Source: a virus. From it: a stretch of DNA of 64,000 nucleotides. Below the pieces are notes generated by a model. The model saw only the letters and a program-made list of their open reading frames with translations, had not been told where the DNA came from and made no database searches. The translations under genes and the position numbers were made by a program. Position 1 is the stretch's first letter. Each line of letters opens with the position of its first letter. This document shows positions 56,542 through 64,000 of the stretch, piece after piece. The stretch spans positions 10,761 to 74,760 of IMG/VR virus record IMGVR_UViG_3300035183_001040; one strand, written 5' to 3'.

Positions 56542-57596
56542 GCACCTTCCTCCTCTCCGTCAGTGTCGTCCTCGGATTCCTCCTCCTCTACGTCCTCGGC
56601 CTTGACCTCGGCATTCGGGTCGAAAGGCACGCTCGGCTCCCATTCGAGCGCGGCGAGCGCCTGCGCGTACGCCTTCGGGCCCTTCTTGCCTGGGCCCTTG
56701 AATCCGTCCTCGCGCGGGTCGATGAGCTTCAGGCGCTTTGCGTGCTCGATGGTGGACCAGAAGTTGTCCCATCCGGTCTCGTAGTCGAACCGCACCCGCG
56801 CCTTCCGGAACGGGGAAACGAGCCTGTTCTTCGCCGACATGATCGTGACGATCTTCGCGATGTGCTCGCCGTCCGCGTTCTTGATCGCCTTTCCGCCGAA
56901 GAACTGGAGCCGAAGCGATGCGTGGAACTTAGGCGCGTTGCCTCCTGGCGTCGTTGTGCTGTCCCCCCACAGCACGCCGAACTTGTGACGGATCTGGTTG
57001 AGCATCATGAAGTGGCCGCGCTTCTCGTGCAGCGGGCCGAGAAGGCGAGGCAGGTTTGCGCTCATGCATCGCGCTACCTCGCCCGGGGTCTTGTCGCCGA
57101 CGTCGGCGCGAAGCCCATCCTTGGTTTTGGTGCTCGCGAGCGAATCCCAAACGACCAAGATTGGCCCAACCGCCGCATCGTGAGCGTCGAGCACGGCGAG
57201 AAACATCTCGAACGCCTCCTCCATGTGCTCGGGCTGGAGGATGACGAGTTTGGCCACGTCAACACCGAAGGTCCGCGCGCGGTCCTCGTCGAAGCTGTAC
57301 TCGGTGTCCGCAACGACGCCCACGCCACCCATCCTCTGCACGCCCGCAAGAGACGAGTAGCCGAGGCTGGTCTTGCCGCTGCCCTCGCTGCCGTACACCT
57401 CCGACATGCGGCCCACGGGCAGCCCTCCGCCGCCGAGTACGTAGTTGTCGAGCACGTCGATGCCGGTCGGAATGAATTCTCGGATTTGCGCTGCTGCATC
57501 TCGGTCTTCAGCTATCGATGTCGCGCGTTCGACGCCGAATCGCCTTTGGATGATTTCGAGGATTCTCTGCTCAACTGCCTGTTTCTTCTTTGCCAT
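56538..57596 (-). CDS. recA: RecA/UvsX recombinase
   Basis: GGLPVGRMSEVYGSEGSGKTS, VWDSLA, LNQIR, TPGGNAPKFHASLRL, KNR. Confidence 0.95.
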   Translation of the reverse strand: MAKKKQAVEQRILEIIQRRFGVERATSIAEDRDAAAQIREFIPTGIDVLDNYVLGGGGLPVGRMSEVYGSEGSGKTSLGYSSLAGVQRMGGVGVVADTEYSFDEDRARTFGVDVAKLVILQPEHMEEAFEMFLAVLDAHDAAVGPILVVWDSLASTKTKDGLRADVGDKTPGEVARCMSANLPRLLGPLHEKRGHFMMLNQIRHKFGVLWGDSTTTPGGNAPKFHASLRLQFFGGKAIKNADGEHIAKIVTIMSAKNRLVSPFRKARVRFDYETGWDNFWSTIEHAKRLKLIDPREDGFKGPGKKGPKAYAQALAALEWEPSVPFDPNAEVKAEDVEEEESEDDTDGEEEGA

Positions 57597-57686
57597 GGTC
57601 GACGTTAGAGGATGGTCGCCCAGACGTACCCAGACACATAGGCACGCCTGGGCGAGTATGTGCGTTTCGTTCAGAGCGGCGGAACC

Positions 57687-58493
57687 TCATCCGAACGGAA
57701 TCTCGTAGTCACCCCCGGGGTCGTCGACCTCGTCGGCTGCGGTGCGAGAAGGACGAACCGGCGTGTCGTATTCGTCGCGCCCTTCCTCCCCCGACGGCCG
57801 TTCGCCTCGGAGGATCTTGCCGATGTCCTCGTCCGAGTACACGCGAGCGTACTTCTCCAGGTCGATTTGGGCTTGGATCCACTCGTTGATCTGCTCGGGC
57901 GAGGAGTGCAAGGGGCGCACCTCGCCGGCCTTCACCTTGTACCTCGTATCGCTCTGCGACGTGCCCTTGCGGAGGATCGCGATGTCGCATCCTTTGAGCG
58001 GGTCGATGAAGTCAACTCCGTCCTCCCTTCGCAGCTCGATGAGCTGCTCTTCGATTTGCGGACCGAAGCCGAGAACACGAGGACCGTCCTCCTCCCTTCC
58101 ACGCTCGATGACGTTGGCGTAGCACCGACGTTTGGCGCGCAGTTTCTTCGCCTTGTCCTCGTCGAGCGGGTTGCCGGAAGACAGGAGTTTCTGCTCCATC
58201 TTGCAGACCTTGCACGGGCGCTTCGCTTCGAGCCGCGGGCAAACGAAGCTAACTCGTCCTTGCGCAGGCACGTCGACGTAGTGGATGTAGGTGACGCGCT
58301 TCCACTTCTTGCCCGGAAGCGCTGGGATGAATCGCACGATGGTCTTGCCGGGTTCGAGTTTGACGAACGCGCTTCGGCGGCTCGACTCGAAATCGGTCAT
58401 GTCCTTTTCGGCGTCTTCCTCGGTGTAGCGCTCGTATTGAACAAGCGAGCTGCCAGTCGAGCGAACCATTGCTTCTGCATCTTTCTTTGCCAT
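57687..58493 (-). CDS. gp32-like single-stranded DNA-binding protein
   Basis: VRFIP...H...CP.....PCKVC...YANVI..DP.KGCD; acidic tail DYEIPFG. Confidence 0.8.
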   Translation of the reverse strand: MAKKDAEAMVRSTGSSLVQYERYTEEDAEKDMTDFESSRRSAFVKLEPGKTIVRFIPALPGKKWKRVTYIHYVDVPAQGRVSFVCPRLEAKRPCKVCKMEQKLLSSGNPLDEDKAKKLRAKRRCYANVIERGREEDGPRVLGFGPQIEEQLIELRREDGVDFIDPLKGCDIAILRKGTSQSDTRYKVKAGEVRPLHSSPEQINEWIQAQIDLEKYARVYSDEDIGKILRGERPSGEEGRDEYDTPVRPSRTAADEVDDPGGDYEIPFG

Positions 58494-58580
58494 GTTCTCC
58501 TTCCTTTCTTGCTACACGCCCCGTAGGGCCTATCTGCGCCTCTCAGATCATGTCTTATGCGAAACGCGGAGATTTTCTTT

Positions 58581-59090
58581 TCACTCCTCGTCTTCGTCAC
58601 GAACGCTGCGTGTTGCCTCGATGTCGTGAGCCGCCTTGAAATCCCGTCCGCTGCGCTGGATCTCCTTTTCGACACGCATGTGCGCGCCGATCGAAACGAG
58701 CGCGTCTTTCTTCGCCCGTAGCGCGTCGACGACGCCGGACAGCATCTCCACGTCGGCTTGCGCTTCGATGCACGCAAGCTTTGCCTCCTCGTACTCGTCC
58801 TCCGACTCGATGAGCGCCTCGATGTGCTTCTCCGTCATGCGGCCGCGTGCCGCGCCATCGTCTGGCGACCTCTCGCGAATCTGGATGTAGAGTTTGCTCC
58901 AGACCTTATCCCGCGCGTGTTTCGCGAGCAGGTACTTCCTGAGCGCCCTCGCGTACCGCGCGTTCTGGTACGCGATGTCGCCAGGGAGGCGTGCGAACTC
59001 GGCCTCGATCAGTTCGGGCTCTACGCGGACGGCTTGCTGGACGGCCTCGTCGAGGCCTTCTGTGCTTTCGCTGACTCTTCGTTTTCGCAT
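58581..59090 (-). CDS. UvsY-like recombination mediator
   Basis: Helical; TEKHIEALIESEDEY...ALRAKKDALVSIG; next to SSB and RecA. Confidence 0.6.
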   Translation of the reverse strand: MRKRRVSESTEGLDEAVQQAVRVEPELIEAEFARLPGDIAYQNARYARALRKYLLAKHARDKVWSKLYIQIRERSPDDGAARGRMTEKHIEALIESEDEYEEAKLACIEAQADVEMLSGVVDALRAKKDALVSIGAHMRVEKEIQRSGRDFKAAHDIEATRSVRDEDEE

Positions 59091-59335
59091 CTCACACCTT
59101 TCCTATGGCAATTGCGCACATCACCTATTGCTTTGACCTTCAGGTCTTCGAGAGCTCTCGATAACTCCTTTGCGCGACGTCCTTTCAGGCCGTCCAGGAA
59201 CTCCTGGACGTCTCGAACCACGGCTGAGCAGACAACGCACAGGTTCTTCATCTCCGGCAGTATCCACCCGGTGCCGTGGCAGGCAGCGCAGTGCATGCCC
59301 TTTTTAGCCTCAGGACAGCCGCATTTCACCGGCAT
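59021..59335 (-). CDS. Cys-rich Zn-finger hypothetical protein
   Basis: CGC...CAACHGTG...CVVC. Confidence 0.5.
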   Translation of the reverse strand: MPVKCGCPEAKKGMHCAACHGTGWILPEMKNLCVVCSAVVRDVQEFLDGLKGRRAKELSRALEDLKVKAIGDVRNCHRKGVRCENEESAKAQKASTRPSSKPSA

Positions 59336-61907
59336 CGTCGAGCTCCTCAAGTGATCCCCACCGCTCCCCCCACTTGATATCAACACAGATCGGCACGCCC
59401 ATCGATTCGTGCCCCGTCATGACATCGCGAAGCTTGCCCGCAAACTCCGAGGCGATGCTGCGGTCAACTTCCGCGAGCAGCGAATCGTGCACTGTTGCAA
59501 CGAGCTTCGCAGGAACGCGCTCTCGCAAGATCCACTCAACCATCGGCCAGAGAGAAGCGGTGAGAAAGTCCGCCGCCGTCCCTTGCACGGGTGTGTTGAT
59601 TGCGGCGCGCTCTGCATGCCCGCGAGCCTCTTCGTCTGCGTCCGCGACGGCCCAGAGCGGCCTGCGGCGGGCCGGTCTCTTGTCCCACCATGTCCGCGCT
59701 TCGCCTGTTTTGCGAGCCTCCCGCACCTTCTCCTTGCACCAGGCAGCGAGCTTCTTGTACCGCCCCCAAATCTTCCTGTTGATCGCCTCGACCGTCGCGA
59801 CGCTGCACCCGAATTCAGCCGCGATTCCTGCATCCGTTTTGCCGTAGAGCCTGCCGAAGATCACGGCCTTGATCTGCGATCTGTACGGGTCTTGCTCGTC
59901 CTTCGACATCTTGTCCCAGTCCTCGCGCTTGATTCCCCACGCGAGTTCGCAGCACTCCCGAGCGCCTCTTCTGTGGATGTCGATGCCACGTCTGAAGTCC
60001 TCGATCATCTCGTCGTCCTGGGAGAGCATCGCAGCTACGCGCAGTTCCATCTGCGCGTAGTCGGCTTCGATGAGCACCGTGTTCTTCCCGGCCGCGACGA
60101 ACGAATCTCGCACCATCTTCGCCTCGCTGTCGCCCTTTGCGCGAGGCAGGTTCTGAAGGTTTGGCTCTTTGGAGCTCATGCGCCCGCTACCCGCACCGTC
60201 GAGCAGATACGTGGTGTGAATCCGCCCGTCATCTCTGATGTGCGGCAACATTCCTCCGCCGTACAAGTCGAGCTTGTCATACTTCCGGTATGCGCGGAGA
60301 AGCCTGGCGACTTCGTGCGTGTCTGCGAGCTCGTCGAGCACGTCCTTGTCCGTGCTCTCGGCTCCGGAAGCTGTGCGCTTGACAACAGGCAGTTCGAGCT
60401 CCTTGAACAGCAGGCTTGCAATCTGCTTTGAGGAGCGCGGGTTGAAGTTCCCCCACGCCTTGAGTTTCTCCTCCAGCTCTCGCTTGCGTAGCTGGCAGTA
60501 GTTGTGAGTCTGCTCGATAGCGGCCCGGTCTACCCCGATGCCCCAGTACTCCATCCACTGAAGCGCGACAGATGCGGGTCGCACGACCTTCTTCCACACG
60601 GCTCGGAGGTCTTCGTCTTCTTTGAACTGCTTCGATAGGCGACGGAAAACGGCGCGCGTTGCCCATGCATCGCAGGCGTTGTAGCGGTAAAGGACGTCCT
60701 CCGGCACGAAGCCGTACGCAAACGCCATCGCGCTCTCGCCCGCCGCGATACGTTCCAAGACTTGCCTCGGCGCTGGATACGTAGGCAACAAGGGCTTGCG
60801 CACCTCGGAGGTCAGGCGTTTTGCCTGGTAGTTCAGGTCGCGGCACACGTCGCTCACGGCGTCGTCCGACTTGGCCCAGTACCCGCCCATTCCGACCAGT
60901 TCAGCCATCGTTGCGAGGTCTGCCTTAGCCTCGGCGTCGAGCAGTCGGCGAATGAGCCGTGTGTCGGCAAGTACCCTGTCAGGCCGCCCGAGCGCAGCGC
61001 CCAGGTCTGCCATCATCGCCTGGTTGTCGTACTTGACGTTCTGCCCGATGAGCCTCGGGCCGTCGTCGAGAAGTTCGCGCAGGGCAGCTCTTGCGCCCTC
61101 GTCTCGCATTCCCTCTCGGGTCCAGGTGTAGGCATGCCTCGCCCGCAGTCCGAGCAAGGTCACGCACTCGACGCGGAACTCAGCGTTCCCAGCCTTTCCC
61201 GATGTCTCGACGTCGTAGACGATAGGCCCCGTCGCGCGCAGGTCTGAAGTTGCTTGCTGCGCATCCTGCCCCGTCTCGACCAGGTACGTGCAGCCGGCGA
61301 AGAACCTGGGCTTCGGGATTTCGCACGTGAGCGCCCACTTCAAGTCCTCCTCGAACATGCGCTGAACGAACCTGTTTCTCAGCGCTGCTGCGGGGTTCGC
61401 GGTGAAGAAGACCGGCACGAAAACGCCTTCGTCGTTCACGTGCCACGCCCACCCGCGCCTGACCGACAGGATGCCCGGACAGCGACCAACGACTGCCTGC
61501 ATCGCGGCGCGACCCATGCACACGATGCGCACAGGGTCGGAATCACGAACCACGGTCGCCGTGAACGGCCTGCACGCCTTGATCGCCTTGTCCGAGACCT
61601 GGGCCTTGCCCGGGCAGCACCTGACCGCGTTGTCCAGCGCGACAGGGCCCGTCCACCAGGCTGCAACGAGTTCGCGCAGGTACCTGCCGGACTCGCCCGC
61701 GAACGGCCTACCTGCCTGGTCTTCGGCGCGCCCTGGCGCTTCGCCGATCAAGAGCACGCCTCCCGGTTGCCCCTCGGGGTTCATGCACACGGTGCGAGCG
61801 CTCGCGCGCAGTTCACACCGCGTGCACCCGTGGTCAATCGGCTCCGGCACCGTAGCCCCGACGGCGCTCTGCATGTCGCGTGGGTCGAATAGGGGGAGCT
61901 TCTTCAC
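59310..61907 (-). CDS. polA: Family A DNA polymerase with N-terminal family-4 UDG-like domain and 3'-5' exonuclease
   Basis: CTRC..IGEAPG..PFAGESG..NAVRCCP..C (UDG4); DVET, NVKYD, YNACDA (exonuclease); GRMSSKEPNLQN, ADYAQMELR, R...K...FG..YG, TVHDS. Confidence 0.95.
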   Translation of the reverse strand: MKKLPLFDPRDMQSAVGATVPEPIDHGCTRCELRASARTVCMNPEGQPGGVLLIGEAPGRAEDQAGRPFAGESGRYLRELVAAWWTGPVALDNAVRCCPGKAQVSDKAIKACRPFTATVVRDSDPVRIVCMGRAAMQAVVGRCPGILSVRRGWAWHVNDEGVFVPVFFTANPAAALRNRFVQRMFEEDLKWALTCEIPKPRFFAGCTYLVETGQDAQQATSDLRATGPIVYDVETSGKAGNAEFRVECVTLLGLRARHAYTWTREGMRDEGARAALRELLDDGPRLIGQNVKYDNQAMMADLGAALGRPDRVLADTRLIRRLLDAEAKADLATMAELVGMGGYWAKSDDAVSDVCRDLNYQAKRLTSEVRKPLLPTYPAPRQVLERIAAGESAMAFAYGFVPEDVLYRYNACDAWATRAVFRRLSKQFKEDEDLRAVWKKVVRPASVALQWMEYWGIGVDRAAIEQTHNYCQLRKRELEEKLKAWGNFNPRSSKQIASLLFKELELPVVKRTASGAESTDKDVLDELADTHEVARLLRAYRKYDKLDLYGGGMLPHIRDDGRIHTTYLLDGAGSGRMSSKEPNLQNLPRAKGDSEAKMVRDSFVAAGKNTVLIEADYAQMELRVAAMLSQDDEMIEDFRRGIDIHRRGARECCELAWGIKREDWDKMSKDEQDPYRSQIKAVIFGRLYGKTDAGIAAEFGCSVATVEAINRKIWGRYKKLAAWCKEKVREARKTGEARTWWDKRPARRRPLWAVADADEEARGHAERAAINTPVQGTAADFLTASLWPMVEWILRERVPAKLVATVHDSLLAEVDRSIASEFAGKLRDVMTGHESMGVPICVDIKWGERWGSLEELDDAGEMRLS

Positions 61908-61918
61908 CGCGCGCTCTC

Positions 61919-62503
61919 TCAGTCCTGGATCGACGGCTTGACGAGCTCTGCGCTACGCGGCACACGCACGTCGAGGTCCGGGATGCGCTGAAGGAGCGGG
62001 ACCTTGTTCTTGTTCGCAACGCACCACGCGAGCAGTTCCTTCTTCGAGTCGAAGCCCTGCTCCTTGATGAGGATTTCCAGAACCTCGCGGAGTTTGGTCG
62101 CCGTGAGCATCGCCTCGGTGACCTTCCCTTTGGCGTTCTTCGCCGACGGCTTGGCCTCCTCCTCCTCCTCCTCCTCCTCATCCTCCTCGTCGTCGTCCCA
62201 GTCCTCCTCATCCTCCTCGTCGTCTTCGTCGTCCCAGTCCTCTTCGTCTTTCTTCGCGTCGTTCGGCTTCTTCCGCGAGGAGGTGGCTTTGCCCGGGTCG
62301 CTGGCGGTCTGGACCTTCGAGCGCTCGGCGGTCTCTTCTCGCGGCTTCTCGTCGGTCGCGGCCCGCTCGTCAGTCTCCGTGGTGACCGACGACTTGGTCA
62401 AGAGCAGCACAAGGTGCTCCACCGACTTGACCGGGATGCGAAGGTACACGTCGAACCCGCTGTCGGTCTTCTCGATTCTCGATACGATTTCCTCAATCTT
62501 CAT
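61919..62503 (-). CDS. Protein with long D/E tract
   Basis: DEEDWDDEDDEEDEEDWDDDEEDEEEEEEEE; AAGGAGG RBS; start 62503. Confidence 0.75.
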   Translation of the reverse strand: MKIEEIVSRIEKTDSGFDVYLRIPVKSVEHLVLLLTKSSVTTETDERAATDEKPREETAERSKVQTASDPGKATSSRKKPNDAKKDEEDWDDEDDEEDEEDWDDDEEDEEEEEEEEAKPSAKNAKGKVTEAMLTATKLREVLEILIKEQGFDSKKELLAWCVANKNKVPLLQRIPDLDVRVPRSAELVKPSIQD

Positions 62504-62852
62504 TGGTTGCTGCCTCCTTCTTCTCCGTGAAGAACCGCGACAATACGAATTGTCTACGCATGTCGTCACTGCTCCAGGTGTGCGAGTAGGTTTTCTCTGC
62601 GATGTGAATCAGCCTCGGAATTTCTTTCCTATCGAATCTGCAGAGGTCATTCTGCAGGAGTCGCACGGCACTGATCCTGGCAGATCTCTTCCACGGCCTT
62701 CTAGGCGTGCCGAGCCCTCTCAAGCGCATGCCTAAAATCCCTGTAAGGTCGCCGTCGCTCCACACCGAGAGCCAGCTTTCGTCTGCGAGTTTCACTCGCG
62801 CTACCACGTGCGGCTCGGCATGTCCGCACGTGCACGGAATCTCATTGCGCAT
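62493..62852 (-). CDS. Hypothetical protein
   Basis: Coupled ORF, 119 aa. Confidence 0.6.
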   Translation of the reverse strand: MRNEIPCTCGHAEPHVVARVKLADESWLSVWSDGDLTGILGMRLRGLGTPRRPWKRSARISAVRLLQNDLCRFDRKEIPRLIHIAEKTYSHTWSSDDMRRQFVLSRFFTEKKEAATNED

Positions 62853-63297
62853 TGGTCACATCCTTATCCCCGAGCGTGCCAGCAGAGAAACGAAGGTCCC
62901 CCATCAAGTCGAGCCACGCCTCGAACTCCATGGACACGATCGTCGGTTGCTTGGGCCTGTGCGTCACGACAACGACAGGTCTGTTACGGTACTCCGGGCT
63001 GCTGCTTGCCTTGGCCGCCGCAGTCGCCTGCCGTAGCTTGCTTGCGATCGACGCTTCGCTGTCGGTGCACTCGATCCACCACGGTGTACCTCCGATGTCG
63101 GGGCACTCGCTTCCTTCCCGTGCCTGTCCGAACAACCTCCGCGCTTTCGGGTAGACACGGCGAAGGCGAGAGGCGATCTGCCGCTCGTACGCGACGCCTT
63201 TCGCCCGCGCCTTCCTACCCCTCTCGCTCCGCGCGCTGAAGCCGGGGTAGAGTTCGTCAGCGATCGTTTTCGTAGCTGCTCCTTTCCTCTTCGGCAT
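62842..63297 (-). CDS. Hjc-like Holliday junction resolvase (PD-(D/E)xK)
   Basis: RAKGVAYERQIA...PDI...WIEC. Confidence 0.7.
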   Translation of the reverse strand: MPKRKGAATKTIADELYPGFSARSERGRKARAKGVAYERQIASRLRRVYPKARRLFGQAREGSECPDIGGTPWWIECTDSEASIASKLRQATAAAKASSSPEYRNRPVVVVTHRPKQPTIVSMEFEAWLDLMGDLRFSAGTLGDKDVTNAQ

Positions 63298-63305
63298 ACC
63301 ACCAC

Positions 63306-64000
63306 CTATCCTTTCGGCCGCGCCGGGCAATGGTCGAAGATGTCGCACCCGGCGCAGTGCGGCCCGGGAACGAAACTGGGCAGCGCTCCGTCTCGAAACT
63401 CGGCGCGCGTTTCCGCGACGCGCATCACAAGGAGTCTTATGCGTTTCGCGTGGGTTTCTAAGGCCTCGGGCTCAAACGACATGCGCCGCTCCACGAGGTC
63501 CCCGAGCGGTGTGACGACAACGATTGCGCCGTCGACGGGCTGCCCGGGTCTCCCCTCCCGCAGCCACACCCCCGTGGCGAGCGTGCGTACCTGTTCGCTC
63601 GTTTCCACCGCTGGGCCTTTTCCTGTCTTGTAGTCCCAGACGACCCAGCGGCCTGAGTTATCGCGCCAAATCAAGTCTGCCCGCGCGTAAAGGTGCCGGT
63701 CTGGTTCGGCGTCCAGATAGTCCCCCACCTGGGCTGTCTGCTCGATGGCATCGATGAGGAGCGCCGCCTCGACCTCGCCGTCCGGGATCGCGCTCACGTC
63801 GATCCTGCGGACAGTTTTGAGCACCCGTGGTGCCTTTCGGCGAATGTAGTCCGTCGCGGCGCGCACTCCGCGTGTCTTCGCATACTCCAGGTATCTGTGC
63901 ACGAAGATGCCGTAGAACTGCCCGAAGCTCGGCTTCGGGCGCTCGCACGAGTAAACGCCCGCGGCCGGGCAAACCTCCAACCGCGGAATGTGCCGCGGCG
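63306..64000 (-). CDS. Cas4/RecB-like PD-(D/E)xK exonuclease, 5' end probably outside window
   Basis: VCP...G...H...RADLI...WDYKTG...Q...CAGC....HC (Fe-S staple pattern). Confidence 0.85.
   Translation of the reverse strand, partial: PRHIPRLEVCPAAGVYSCERPKPSFGQFYGIFVHRYLEYAKTRGVRAATDYIRRKAPRVLKTVRRIDVSAIPDGEVEAALLIDAIEQTAQVGDYLDAEPDRHLYARADLIWRDNSGRWVVWDYKTGKGPAVETSEQVRTLATGVWLREGRPGQPVDGAIVVVTPLGDLVERRMSFEPEALETHAKRIRLLVMRVAETRAEFRDGALPSFVPGPHCAGCDIFDHCPARPKG

Noticed and set aside
63040-63110. Resolvase motif IECT instead of IECK as evidence of inactivation
   Set aside because: A single substitution; catalytic Lys migration is common in PD-(D/E)xK enzymes and cannot be judged without an alignment.

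Overview
The whole window is GC-rich tailed-phage DNA with a contractile (myovirus-type) tail. I see no host genes, integrase, tRNA or CRISPR, and genes run off both ends. Sigma54-type promoters and high GC suggest a myxobacterial or related host (inference only). Layout: (i) 1-1618, a leftward cluster of small early-type genes; (ii) 1620-2035, a divergent control region with two sigma54-like promoters and two identical 30-bp palindromes; (iii) 2036-15356, a rightward operon with a sigma factor, ParB-N, SF2 helicase, DnaB-like helicase, DnaA-domain-IV fusion, primase and a 7-deazaguanine DNA-modification cluster (folE, dpdL-like, GT-B glycosyltransferase, dpdA-like, ParB-N, queD, queE; no queC/queF in the window); (iv) 15334-53189, a leftward late region with terminase, portal, head, neck, sheath/tube, tape measure, baseplate, fibres and lysis; (v) 53412-64000, a leftward recombination/replication module (SbcCD, RecA/UvsX, gp32-like SSB, UvsY-like, UDG-PolA fusion, resolvase, Cas4-like nuclease). 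Best candidates for something new: a QueC-less deazaguanine pathway with an embedded glycosyltransferase (predicted sugar-modified 7-deazaguanine DNA); two large, highly base-paired non-coding elements after the capsid and sheath genes; a canonical bacterial parS between terS and terL; a composite palindromic site repeated on both sides of terL; and tiny head-module paralogues sharing GxYxD and P[FL]xNL motifs. All calls come from reading motifs by eye; no searches or folding programs were run.
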